A DNA stretch of 64,000 nt from an uncultured Chloroflexia bacterium (lineage in GTDB: Bacteria; Chloroflexota; Anaerolineae; Anaerolineales; UBA4823), in the NCBI GenBank assembly GCA_963793095.1, contig CAWBYY010000011.1:1151631-1215630 (forward strand). The letters run 5' to 3'. Position 1 is the first letter of the stretch; each line of letters opens with the position of its first letter. Below, in pieces: positions 12,070-22,477 of this stretch. Below the pieces are notes generated by a model, which was not told where the DNA came from, did no database searches, and saw nothing but the letters and a program-made list of their open reading frames with translations. Made by a program: the position numbers and the translations under genes.

Positions 12070-12387
12070 ATGAGATATTCAGCGATTTTATGCCTGCTCA
12101 CAGTGACCTGTATAACTGAAATTGGTACAGCTCAAACGATAACCAAACAATTTGAACAAACCAGATACGATATAAGGGATTTACATATGCTTGACAGCCT
12201 GCACGGATGGGCCACCGGCAGGCAAATTGCCATTCTTGTAAATGAAATAAAGCCTGCGGGTAACCATACTGTTCAATGGGAAGGCACCGATGATAGCGGA
12301 AGGCAAGTATCCTCTGGGGTATTTATATGTAAATTGATCTCCGGTGAAGGGATGGAGAGTAAAATCATAATGATGGTTCAGCGGTGA
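12070..12387 (+). CDS. small signal-peptide protein ending in a T9SS (Por) C-terminal sorting domain; probably a deletion remnant
   Basis: The protein starts MRYSAILCLLTVTCITEIGTAQ (signal peptide). About 35 residues follow, then a typical T9SS CTD / FlgD-Ig-like tail (AILVNEIKPAGNHTVQWEGTDDSGRQVSSGVFICKLISGEGMESKIIMMVQR). No passenger domain lies between the signal and the CTD. Confidence 0.45.
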   Translation: MRYSAILCLLTVTCITEIGTAQTITKQFEQTRYDIRDLHMLDSLHGWATGRQIAILVNEIKPAGNHTVQWEGTDDSGRQVSSGVFICKLISGEGMESKIIMMVQR

Positions 12388-12400
12388 GTATTGCTTGAGA

Positions 12401-14443
12401 TTATTGTCCGATTTCGTATTTTGAAATCAAATTCTGATACCCTGGATGTGTTTTTAAAGGAGCAAAACGGATATCCCAGTCAAACCAGGTTGTGGATATC
12501 CATGATGGAACTGTGAGAAGATATTCAAATTGGTCCAGGGCAAGATCAGGTTCTCCAACCTTGGTGTAGATAACAGCAAGATCAATGATGTGTTGTATAC
12601 CATAAACTGCGTCCAAAGACATGGGTAATAATTCCACCGCTCTTTTCCCCTCTTTAATAGCATCCTCTTTTTGTCCCATACCCGCATACGCGATTCCGAG
12701 AGCGCCGTGATACCTGGGATCATTTGGTATTTCCCTGACCTTTATTTCCAGGAGCTTTACTGCGGTTTCATAATCCTCCCGGGCAAGCTTATCTTTTCCC
12801 AGGTAATCATATATAAAGGCTGAGAAAAGCGTCTTCGGCATCTGCACAAAGTTTATGATTTACGCCCCAGCCAAAGGCTTCAGCTGTCAATAATTGAAGT
12901 GCTGCTTCGTAATTTCCTTCACCGACTTCCTGGTAAAACCAGGACCATAAATACCACTCATGCTCAACATGAACATTTGTGAGGGCGTCACGGGACTCCT
13001 GATCGGGTCCTCTCCAGCTCCAGATTGCAAAAGCTTTATACAAATAGGGCCAGGTTAGTTCAGGATCCATTGCAGTGGCCCGGTTACAGGCATCAACAGC
13101 CTCGCTGTACCGACGCATTAGCCATAATCCCAATGCCAGATCTGTAGGTATTGAAGGGTCCCGTGGACTCAGTTCACAAGCCTTATCAAGCAATGTAATA
13201 TATTCCTCCCAACGACCAAGAGGCTCAAAGATGGCAGCCTTTGCAATCAAAATTTCAACCGCATTCGGAAGATCTTTTTCAGCGATCTCCAGATGTTTGA
13301 GTGCACTTTTGTGATCTCTGTAAGCATATAGATAGTAATAACCCAATGCAAGGTGAACCCTTGGCTGATCCGGTCCAAGCTCCAGGGCTTTAGCAGCTGC
13401 CTCGTCGGACTTCAACAAGCGGGATTCAGACAGATCATGTCTCAGATAATATAACCTGGCATGGGATCTGGCCAGTTCAGCATAAGCCAGCGCAAACCCC
13501 GTATCTATCTCCACCGCCTGCTTGAAAATTCTGCAATGCCAGGTTCCAGTTTTGCAGGGAAAAATGTGGCTGTCCGATATAATAACGTCCTCTCAGATAA
13601 GCCTGATAAGCCTGGAGATTATCCGTTGGCCTTGACTCTATTTTTTCAATCTCATCCGGGGAAAGAATAACGCTTAACTCTTCGGCAATCTTCCTGGCAA
13701 TCTCACTCTGGATGGAGAATACCTGCCTTTTTTCTCTGATATAATCTTCTGACCATAATATGCCTGTCATTTTTGGCATCAATCAGTTGGATCCATATCT
13801 TCAGCTGGTTTTCCTCACATCCGACACTGCCCTCCACCAGATAATTTACATTCAGTTCCTGTCCTATGACGGAACTCGTTTTTTCGGTATTCCTGTAATG
13901 ATCGGAGGAGGTTCTTGATCTTACTGTGAAAGGACTGACTCTATGAAGATGATTCAGGATCTCTTCCCTGATCCCATCACAAAAATATACCTGTGTTGAG
14001 TCCATGCTCAGGTTATGGAATGGTAGCACAGCGATTGTTTTCTCTGACTTTGAAATGTTATCAGCGCTTTTTCCTCCCCTGATAATATTAAGTGCAACCA
14101 GAGATATAATGATCACCACGCTTACATAGGTGGCCATCTTCCATTTAATTGATTCGGCAGGCTTTGCTTTCTCATCAGGTTCACCGGAAGGTTTTGTCTT
14201 TTTTACTCCGCCCGGCGTAATATCATATATCCATGAAAATACGATGCTTATTACAAGACCGATCAACAGGAGAATCAGTACAAGTTTTATTGTCCCCTGG
14301 GGTAATCCCAATGGATCAGCAATAATATCCACCAGTTCGAGCAGCGCAAATGCCGCGGCTGCATACACCGGTATGACTCCGATAACCCTTCTGCGCTTGA
14401 GTTCCTCCCAGAAGTTCAGGGGATTGTCCGGTTTGTTATGCAT
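12401..14443 (-). CDS. membrane-anchored TPR-repeat protein (N-terminal TM region, TolB-N-like segment, C-terminal TPRs); about 3 frame breaks
   Basis: Pieces 13703-14443 (FWEELKRRRVIGVIPVYAAAAFALLELVD plus two hydrophobic segments), 13477-13782, 12807-13514 and 12401-12847 (repeated TPR-like A..Y...G helices) are colinear on the minus strand. Confidence 0.6.
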
Positions 14444-14759
14444 GGGAATAGGATGAGGGGTTTTGTTATTATAAATTTACGTTAACTGTTTACCAATGTC
14501 AAGAACATGATGTAAAAGGATGGATTCACCATCCCCGCGGTATAAACGATGAAACAAAGACCAACCTAGTGTTCATGTATGTAGAAATAAAGCAATTCCT
14601 GGGGTCCATAAAATCTGTATTAGATTTTTTCCCATCATTTGAACAATGAAAAAAATACGTTTTCTAGATTAAGTTAAATATTAAACAATTCAGGTTAAAT
14701 AGATCCAATTCTCTTGCCTGGAACAGAAATTCGGTATTAATTTTGCAATAACTTAAAAA

Positions 14760-14795
14760 AGTACTTAAATTTGTACTTATTTAAATACTTCTAAA
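14760..14795 (+). promoter_or_regulatory. three tandem 12-nt imperfect repeats (AGTACTTAAATT / TGTACTTATTTA / AATACTTCTAAA) abutting the yefM ATG, including a TAAATTTG box at 14766-14773
   Basis: Read directly from the sequence. The period is 12 nt, starting at 14760, 14772 and 14784. TAAATTTG fits the Bacteroidota -7 consensus TAnnTTTG. This is a likely promoter/operator for TA autoregulation. Confidence 0.4.
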
Positions 14796-15050
14796 ATGAT
14801 CGCTGCAAATTTTACGGAATTCAGGACTGCTCTTAAAGATTATCTTGATAGCGTGGAAAACGACAATGAAACACTCATCATTAAGAGAAAATCTGGTAAA
14901 GGGGCTGTGTTAATTTCACTTGAAGAATACAATTCCATCATGGAGACGCTTCATTTACTGAGTTCTAAAGTGAATGCCAAAAGACTTTTTGATTCCATGG
15001 AGCAGATGAAGGATGGCTCAACTGTTCAAAATGGATTGATTGAAGAATGA
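14796..15050 (+). CDS. yefM: type II antitoxin, Phd/YefM family
   Basis: 84-aa ORF. NFTEFRTALKDYLDSVENDNETLIIKRKSGKGAVLISLEEYNSIMETLHLLSS is a classic YefM/Phd sequence. It overlaps the toxin gene by 4 nt. Confidence 0.9.
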   Translation: MIAANFTEFRTALKDYLDSVENDNETLIIKRKSGKGAVLISLEEYNSIMETLHLLSSKVNAKRLFDSMEQMKDGSTVQNGLIEE

Positions 15051-15313
15051 AAAGGATCATCTTTTCTAAAAATGCCTGGGATGATTATTCCTCCTGGCAG
15101 GATGAAGACAAGAAAATGCTCCGAAGAATCAATGCCCTGATTAAAAATATACAATCCAATCCAAGAGAAGGAATCGGCAAACCAGAACCTTTGAAGTTTG
15201 ATTTGACTGGATTATGGTCCCGAAGAATTGACCGGGAACATAGACTCGTGTATAAGGTTGAAGGATCAGATCTGCTTATATATAGTTGCAGGTATCATTA
15301 TGACAGCAAATAA
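15047..15313 (+). CDS. yoeB: type II toxin, YoeB/Txe family mRNA interferase
   Basis: 88-aa ORF. WDDYSSWQDEDKKMLRRINALIKNIQSNPREGIGKPEPLKFDLTGLWSRRIDREHRLVY...CRYHY closely parallels E. coli YoeB. Confidence 0.9.
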   Translation: MKRIIFSKNAWDDYSSWQDEDKKMLRRINALIKNIQSNPREGIGKPEPLKFDLTGLWSRRIDREHRLVYKVEGSDLLIYSCRYHYDSK

Positions 15314-15359
15314 ATCAATATTCCCATATTTTCTTAAATTGTACATTTTATTTTGAGTT

Positions 15360-18121
15360 ATGACCAACCACAGCCTGCTCAGACTGATACCAGGAGTTCT
15401 GGTATTTGTCTCACTTTCATGTACCAATACCTCTGACTCAACTTCCGGGGATAAATTATCTGCATGGCCTGAAATAACAACGACCATGAAACCCTGGACC
15501 CGGTGGTGGTGGATGGGCAGTGCTGTGGATAAGGAAAACATTACCCGGCGGATGGAGGAATTTGCTAGTGCAGGGATGGGCGGCGTTGAGATCACACCCA
15601 TCTACGGGACCAAAGGTTATGAAGACCGCTTCCTGCAACATCTTTCGGTAGAATGGATGGAAATGCTGATCCATACACTGGAAGAGGGAGAGCGACTTGG
15701 AATGGGGATGGATATGATCCTGGGGACCGGCTGGCCTTACGGTGGCCCACAGGTCGAACCCGAATATGCAGCCGGAAAGCTCTACATACAAAGCTTTGAG
15801 CTTAAAAAAGGTGAGCGGATCATCCAAAAGATACAGGTTGGTGAAAATGAACAACCGGACCTGGCGCGGGTACAGTTCTTGTATGCTTTTTATGAAGATG
15901 GACAAAAAACAGACCTGACAGGCAAGCTGGAGGGGAATCAGATAGACTGGAAAGCTGATCAGGATTGCATGCTCTATGCAGTAATTTCAGGGAAAACCGG
16001 CCAGCAGGTAAAACGGTCTGCCCCCGGAGGAGAAGGGTTTCGTACTGGATCACTTCTCTGAAGCCGCACTTGAGGATTATCTCGAGCCTTATGAAGGTGC
16101 CTTGCGACCGGCCCGGGATAAGTTAAGAGCGGTTTTCAATGACAGCTATGAGGTATATGGTGCCGATTATACCCCTGAATTTTTTGATGAATTCCGGCAG
16201 CGGAGGGGATATGATCTCAGCGATCATCTTCCGGTCCTCCATAGCGGCTCCCCGGGTGAAGACCACACGAGGATCATCAGCGACTACCGGCGTACCATTT
16301 CTGAACTGATACTGGAAAATTTTTCGGTGAACTGGACCAGATGGGCAAAAGAGCATTCCTTCAAATCCAAATATCAGGCGCATGGCAGTCCCGGGAACCT
16401 CATTGACCTCTACGCCGAGGCAGATATCCCGGAATGTGAATCCTTTTATGCCACAAAATTCGATATCCCGGGGTTCAGGTGGGAAGATTCCGATGCAAAC
16501 ATAGCAGACCCGGACCCCATCATGCTGAAGTTTGCTTCTTCAGCTGCCCATATAGCTGGCAAACCACTCACATCATCCGAAACATTCACCTGGCTGCGAG
16601 AGCATTTTAAAACCGCACTGTCACAGTGTAAACCCGAGGTGGAACAACTCTTCCTGACCGGGGTCAATCACACCTTTTTCCATGGATCAACCTATTCCCC
16701 GGATGAGGCCCAGTGGCCAGGCTGGAAGTTCTATGCTTCCGTGAATTTCGCATCAAATAATACGATCTGGGAGGATGCACCCTCCATGTTTGCCTATATC
16801 ACCCGGTGTCAGTCCCTCCTGCAATCGGGAGAACCGGACAATGAATTGCTTGTATACTGGCCTTTCTTTGATGCGCTGGATGTTGACCCGGATGGAGATC
16901 TCATTTTACAACTGGGCATACATAACAAAGATAACTGGCTGGTCCCAACCCCCTTCTACCGGCTCGTGAGTGATTTGATCAACAAAGGCTATTCCATTGA
17001 TTATATAAGCGACAGTTACCTTGCATCGGCCAAAGAAAAGAACGGCTATATACAGGTACCGGGGGGCAGGTACAAGGCCCTGATCATACCTGAATGCAAA
17101 AACATGCCCCTGCCTACCTTCGGATACCTGACCAGGTTGCATGAAAATGGTGCCAATGTATTTTTCACAGGACTCCCCGAGTCTGTTCCCGGTTACCATA
17201 GGCATAGCGAACAGACATCCAAATTACAGGAAATGATAGCCGGGGAAAAGGGACAGCTTGCCATTACGGATATTATCGCCCAGGTCCTTGATAACATGGG
17301 AATTGAACGGGAAGTACTGGTTGACACCGGACTGGACTTCCTCCGGAGGAAGATGATGGACGGGAAGGTATATTACCTGGTCAATCATACCCCGAATGAA
17401 ATCAACGGTTATGTTACGATTGGCAGTCCCGCAAAATCTGTCATCATCATGGATCCCCAGACTGGCGTCACCGGAGAAGCCAGGATAGTATCCCGGAACG
17501 GGAACACCGATGTTTACCTCCAGGTCAAGCCGGGCCAGGCATTATTACTAAGGACCTATGAGGAAAAGATGGATGCATCTGCCTGGGAGTACTTTACAGA
17601 AAGCGGTGATCCTGTTGAATTAACCGGTCCCTGGGATGTGAGCTTCATTTCTGGCGGCCCCCGTCTACCCGGCAAGGTCAGGATGCAGGAGCTCCGGTCC
17701 TGGACCCGCTTCGGCAAGGAGGCTGAGGCATTCAGTGGCACAGCCAGATATACCATCCAATTTGAGAACCCCGACCCGGATGTTAGGGCCTGGCTGCTGG
17801 AACTGGGTGATGTCAGGGAAAGTGCCAGGATCCGGGTCAACGGTGAATTCCTGGATTGCCTCTGGGCCAATCCTTTTGAAACGCGGATCCGGTTAAAGCG
17901 AGGGGATCAATACCCTGGAGCTGGAGGTAAGCAATTTGCCTGCCAACCGGCTGAGGGATCTTGAATTAAGCGGAAAGGAATGGAAAATATTCTACGACAT
18001 CAATATGGTGGACCGTCATTATAAAAAGTTTGATGCCACCGGATGGGAGCCCATGCCATCGGGACTCCTGGGAAAGGTCAGGATCACCCCCTGGAACAGG
18101 ATAATAATTAATATCAACAGC
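15360..18121 (+). CDS. lipoprotein glycoside hydrolase, GH106-like (second copy); 2 frame breaks; 3' end uncertain
   Basis: Pieces 15360-16061, 16102-17964 and the first part of 17936-19423 are colinear. The lipoprotein signal is LVFVSLSCTN. The motifs WTRWWWMGS and GMGGVEITPIYG parallel the gene at 2677-5521. The breaks are near 16040 and at the GGGG run 17902-17905. No in-frame stop precedes the next gene's ATG at 18122. Confidence 0.55.
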
Positions 18122-19423
18122 ATGAGATATCTCAGAATTTTATTTGCGTTTACCGGCATACTGGCATTTTCAGGGTGTCATGCACAGGATGGGCAGGACT
18201 GGCCTGATTGGCGTGGAGAAGGGCGGAACGGGGTCTGGAACCAGAAGAATATAATCAAAGAATTCCCCGAACGCGATATCAGACTGAAATGGCGTACGCC
18301 CCTGGGACCAGGCTATTGCGGTCCCACCGTATCGCAGGGCAGGGTCTACGTTATGGACCGGATCACCACTCCGAAAGAAAAGGAGGGGGTTCGCTGCTTC
18401 AACGCTGAAACCGGCATGGAAATATGGACCCATACCTATGATTGCAGGTATGAGGGGGTGGGCTACCAGGCCGGTCCACGGGCCAGTGTGGTGATCGATG
18501 AGGGAAGGGCGTATGCACTGGGGACCATGGGACATCTGTTCTGCCTCGATGCGGTGACCGGCCAGCTTATCTGGGGAAAGGATATGAACATTGAGTATGA
18601 GATTCGCATGCCCGTCTGGGGCATAGCCGCCGCCCCCCTCATTGTGGATGACAAACTGATCCTCCATATCGGTGGCAGCAACAATGCCTGTATCATAGCA
18701 CTGGATAAAAAAAGCGGTAAGGAGATATGGACAGCATCCGGTGACCAGGCCTCCTATACGGCTCCCTACCTGACCACCCAGGCAGGCAGGAAGGTGGTGG
18801 TGGTATGGACAGGTGATCACCTGAACGGCCTGGCACCTGAAACAGGGGAGATATACTGGAAAATCCCCTTCATGATCAAAATGCAGATGGGTGTCAGCAC
18901 GCCGGTACGCTATGGGAATTATCTATTTGTAAGTGCGTTCTTTGACGGATCTCTGCTGGCTGAAATATCTGAAACAGAATTAACAGCGCAAATAAAATGG
19001 ATGAGGAGCGGTGCAAATGAACGCAATACAGATGCCCTGCATTGTGTTATCAATACAGCGGTCATACGGGACGGATATATATACGGGATTGATTCCTACG
19101 GCGAGATGCGATGCCTGGAACTGGAAACCGGTGAGCGGGTCTGGGAAAACACCTCGGCGGTAAATACCAACCGCTGGGCCAATGTTCACTTTGTTCAGAA
19201 CGGGGAAATTACTTGGATGTTTAACGAACATGGGGAATTGATCATATCAAGGCTCTCGCCTGAAGGATTTGAAGAGATCAGCCGGGCCAGGCTCATAGAA
19301 CCCACCACCGCGCAGTTGAACCGGAGCGGGACAGGAGTCACCTGGACCCATCCCGCCTTTGCCGGAAGGCATGTCTATGTCAGGAATGACAGGGAACTGG
19401 TTTGTGCCGACCTGGGCGACTAA
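18122..19423 (+). CDS. secreted PQQ-like (BamB-type) beta-propeller repeat protein
   Basis: It starts MRYLRILFAFTGILAFSGCHAQ (signal/lipobox). Repeated W-containing blades follow (DWPDWRGEGRNGVW, GRVYVMD, TGMEIWT, GQLIWGK, SGKEIWT, TGEIYWK, TGERVWE), as in PQQ-like propellers. Confidence 0.6.
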   Translation: MRYLRILFAFTGILAFSGCHAQDGQDWPDWRGEGRNGVWNQKNIIKEFPERDIRLKWRTPLGPGYCGPTVSQGRVYVMDRITTPKEKEGVRCFNAETGMEIWTHTYDCRYEGVGYQAGPRASVVIDEGRAYALGTMGHLFCLDAVTGQLIWGKDMNIEYEIRMPVWGIAAAPLIVDDKLILHIGGSNNACIIALDKKSGKEIWTASGDQASYTAPYLTTQAGRKVVVVWTGDHLNGLAPETGEIYWKIPFMIKMQMGVSTPVRYGNYLFVSAFFDGSLLAEISETELTAQIKWMRSGANERNTDALHCVINTAVIRDGYIYGIDSYGEMRCLELETGERVWENTSAVNTNRWANVHFVQNGEITWMFNEHGELIISRLSPEGFEEISRARLIEPTTAQLNRSGTGVTWTHPAFAGRHVYVRNDRELVCADLGD

Positions 19424-19449
19424 GGGCTTCTGTACAAGGATCTATGCAA

Positions 19450-20103
19450 TTACCTCGAATCCAGCACTGACTGGATCAGGCCTGCCACTTCTGTATGCCC
19501 GTTGTTGCGGGCAAACAAAGCAGCTGTTTCCCCGTCCTTGTCTTTCAATGCAGGATCTGCACCTCTGTCCAGGAGGAGTTTTGCCACCTCCAGTTGTCCC
19601 TCGGCAGCCGCATGCATGAGGGGTGAGAAATGTTCATCATTATCGACGATATTCGGATCTGAATGATGGTCGAGCAGCAGTTTGACCGTTTCAGGAAAGG
19701 GACCAGTGGACGCATATAATAGTGCCGTACGTCCCAATGCATCCCTGCTTCCAACCCCTGCCCCTTGATCAAGAAGCAAGCGAACGATCTCTGTATGCCC
19801 ATTAAAGGAGGCATACATCAGTGCTGTCCTTCCGTCCTGATCAACATCATCCGGATCTGCACCCTGCCCGATCAATTCCTTAACCCTTTCCAATTCACCG
19901 TTCAGTGCAGCATCATTCATGCCCTGCGGATCAGCGGGGGTGGCTGCTGGCGCTGTCTGATCCGGTACCGTGGTTGATCGGGCATTCTTATTCCCCTTCC
20001 CATTACAATTCATCATGCTCATTGAAACAATCAGTAAAACTGTAAAAAGGAATGAAGGGGAGGATGATACAGATCTTCTCAGACTCATTTTATGCTTTTT
20101 CAT
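19450..20103 (-). CDS. secreted/lipoprotein ankyrin-repeat protein
   Basis: ATG at 20103 (MKKHKMSLRR...), followed by a hydrophobic signal ending MMNCNG. It has at least 4 ankyrin repeats (GRTALMYASFNGHTEIVRLLLDQGA, GRTALLYAS, FSPLMHAAAEGQLEVAKLLLDRGADP, GETAALFARNNGHTEV). Confidence 0.8.
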   Translation of the reverse strand: MKKHKMSLRRSVSSSPSFLFTVLLIVSMSMMNCNGKGNKNARSTTVPDQTAPAATPADPQGMNDAALNGELERVKELIGQGADPDDVDQDGRTALMYASFNGHTEIVRLLLDQGAGVGSRDALGRTALLYASTGPFPETVKLLLDHHSDPNIVDNDEHFSPLMHAAAEGQLEVAKLLLDRGADPALKDKDGETAALFARNNGHTEVAGLIQSVLDSR

Positions 20104-20203
20104 ATCTCCTGCTTTCCACAACGAAGGTAATAAAAAGATCGGGTATTGACATTGGTTATATACTTCCGTATCTTAGGCTTAGGCCCCTTAAAATTATAGC
20201 GTC

Positions 20204-20971
20204 ATGAAAAAATATCTTTATTTATCGCTCACTCCCGAATCACTCGTGGCTTCTCAGCTCCCACCGGTTGATTTCGGTAATTACATGGCTGTGGGAACAC
20301 GCAAGCGGATCCGCGGACAGGCCATATTTTTGGAGATAGACATTGAAAAAATGGAAAACCTGCCACAGGATTACCTGGATGAGAGGCTGGTGCCCTATGA
20401 AGACGGGGAACCCAAAAGGTCCGTTTTTCTTTCCATTTACCGGGTGATGGAAAGCATTACCATGGATGCCCTGAAGAATCTATACCTGGTGACCGATGAT
20501 GGCAAGGTACTGGAACTGGCAGCAGGCAGATACAAACCTCCAACTACAGATATTATCCATCTCTACCAGCAGTTCAATCCCATTACTACCCGTGTTGCCA
20601 GCAAATTATCCCCTCCCGAATTCATCAATTTCCTGACAGACAACAGCAAACCCTTATTTGTACCGAAAATCTTTTTCGCGGAGCTGAAACTGGGCAAGCT
20701 GGCAAGGGATTCCTATGCCCCCATTCATGACCTGCCCTATCCGAACCCTGACCATCTCAGGGATTGCCTCGCCAGGTTAAAATCATCCAGTGAAAGACAG
20801 ACCAAAACAGTCATTCGTCAGTTTAAAGGAGAACTCTCCTACAGGACCATTAAAGATGGCTTTTTCATTGGAGAAAAGGAGGCCTTCCTGTATTATCCAT
20901 TCCCCTCTATTGAGGACCTCGAGGATAAATATTACTACTGGTGGAGGTCTGCTCTGGTACAGTGTTTTTAA
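20204..20971 (+). CDS. conserved-looking hypothetical protein, no signal peptide, family not recognised
   Basis: Intact 255-aa ORF in ordinary coding context, 12 nt upstream of the next gene. I could not place any motif. Confidence 0.5.
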   Translation: MKKYLYLSLTPESLVASQLPPVDFGNYMAVGTRKRIRGQAIFLEIDIEKMENLPQDYLDERLVPYEDGEPKRSVFLSIYRVMESITMDALKNLYLVTDDGKVLELAAGRYKPPTTDIIHLYQQFNPITTRVASKLSPPEFINFLTDNSKPLFVPKIFFAELKLGKLARDSYAPIHDLPYPNPDHLRDCLARLKSSSERQTKTVIRQFKGELSYRTIKDGFFIGEKEAFLYYPFPSIEDLEDKYYYWWRSALVQCF

Positions 20972-20983
20972 ATCCCATTCACC

Positions 20984-22477
20984 ATGAAAAACAATCTCCC
21001 AACCCTGAGAAACCGCCGTGAGTTCGTGAAAAATTCCGGACTCGCTGCCATGGGTCTGATGACCCTGCCATCCCTCCTCGGATCTTTCCGGTTCGCCGCC
21101 GGTCCTGATCTGCCGCATTTTGGCCCGGCTGGCAACTATACGCCCATCATCAGGGCCGCTTTCATCCGGCGTGAAGAAAATTACGGAATGTTGTGGCCCG
21201 GGGAAATTTACGATGGTGAAGCGGCGCGAAAAAATTATATTGAAAAGATCAGGACTGCCGCAAAGGAGATGGGCATGGTGGCCGACATAAGCACCAAACC
21301 CATTTATTCGCTTGAAGAAGGTGAAAAGTGGATACAGGATGCTGTTGATGCGAAGACGGACGGCTTGTTGCTGGTCACACTGGACAGGCAGCAACATACC
21401 TGGCCAACGGTTGGAAAAGCCCTTGACCATAATTTACCGGTAGTGGTATTTTCACCGCTTGGTTCATCATTCACTACCAATACCAGCTTATATAATAAAA
21501 AGGACGGAGCCTTCATTGCCTCTACCGATGATTTCAAGCAGGCCGAGTTCGGGATGAAGATGCTGAAAGCCGGTGCAAAGATCCGTGAAACCAGGTACCT
21601 GGTCATCATTGAAGGGATTGATGAGATCACGGAAGTCTCCCTGAACCATTTCGGGACAAAACTCAGGTTTGTGCCAGCCGGACACTTTATAGATCAGTAT
21701 AATGGCCTCAGGGACAGCAATGAGGCCAGGGAGCTTGCCCGGACCTGCATGAGCCATGCCCATCACATACATGATGCCAGCGAAGAAGACGTGATCAACG
21801 GGGCCAGGAGCTACTATGCCGTAATCCGCCTCCTGGAGCGGGAAAAGGCCGACGCCGTGACGATGGATTGCCTCGGTGTACTGGGTCCGCTCAAGATCAG
21901 CCTCCCCTGCCTGGCCTGGTCAAAACTGAATGATTCCGGCATACCGGCCGCCTGTGAAGGAGACCTCGAAGCCTGCCTGACGCATTGTGTGGTTCAATAC
22001 CTGTTTGATAAGCCAGCCTTCCAGCAGGATCCTGTGGCTGAAACAGCAAAGGGATGCCTGATCGGTTCCCATTGCAGCTGCCCAACCAGACTGGCGGGAC
22101 TGGATGCGGAACCCGAACCATATTCCATAATGAATCACCATGGCAAACGGGATGCTACGCTTAAACCTGACTGGAAGGTTGGACAGACGGTGACGGTTGC
22201 CGATCTGATCCTTCCCGTGGCGCAAAACTCACTCAGGAAACCCTGGGTTGAATATACGGAAGGCAGGCCAAAAATGCTGATATCCACAGGCGAGGTAGTG
22301 GAACAGAAGTCCATTCCACCCGCCGGAGGCTGCGTGGTGGCACCCATGGTGAAACTGCATGGGGTGGAAAGCTACCTCGATTACCCGGGCTTCCACCAGA
22401 TGTTCTTCTACGGCGATCACAAGGATGAACTGAAACATTTCAGCCAGTTGTTCGGAATTACCGCCGAGGTGATTTAA
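20984..22477 (+). CDS. Tat-signal protein with L-fucose/L-arabinose isomerase-like (COG2407-like) features
   Basis: The N-terminus has LRNRREFVKNSGLAAMGL (twin-arginine signal). The internal IPAACEGDLEACLTH and the C-terminal HQMFFYGDHKDELKHFSQLFGI recall FucI/AraA-like isomerase family proteins. This is a tentative assignment from memory. Confidence 0.35.
   Translation: MKNNLPTLRNRREFVKNSGLAAMGLMTLPSLLGSFRFAAGPDLPHFGPAGNYTPIIRAAFIRREENYGMLWPGEIYDGEAARKNYIEKIRTAAKEMGMVADISTKPIYSLEEGEKWIQDAVDAKTDGLLLVTLDRQQHTWPTVGKALDHNLPVVVFSPLGSSFTTNTSLYNKKDGAFIASTDDFKQAEFGMKMLKAGAKIRETRYLVIIEGIDEITEVSLNHFGTKLRFVPAGHFIDQYNGLRDSNEARELARTCMSHAHHIHDASEEDVINGARSYYAVIRLLEREKADAVTMDCLGVLGPLKISLPCLAWSKLNDSGIPAACEGDLEACLTHCVVQYLFDKPAFQQDPVAETAKGCLIGSHCSCPTRLAGLDAEPEPYSIMNHHGKRDATLKPDWKVGQTVTVADLILPVAQNSLRKPWVEYTEGRPKMLISTGEVVEQKSIPPAGGCVVAPMVKLHGVESYLDYPGFHQMFFYGDHKDELKHFSQLFGITAEVI

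Noticed and set aside
8000-15350. Treating the AbiEi/kinase/TPR/yefM-yoeB stretch as a defined genomic island or integrative element
   Set aside because: No integrase, recombinase, tRNA attachment site or flanking direct repeats are visible. Only composition by eye and gene content suggest an accessory nature.
18170-18820. 216-aa minus-strand ORF inside the PQQ-propeller gene
   Set aside because: It is a shadow ORF. The plus-strand product shows a regular propeller repeat pattern, and the antisense product is compositionally odd.
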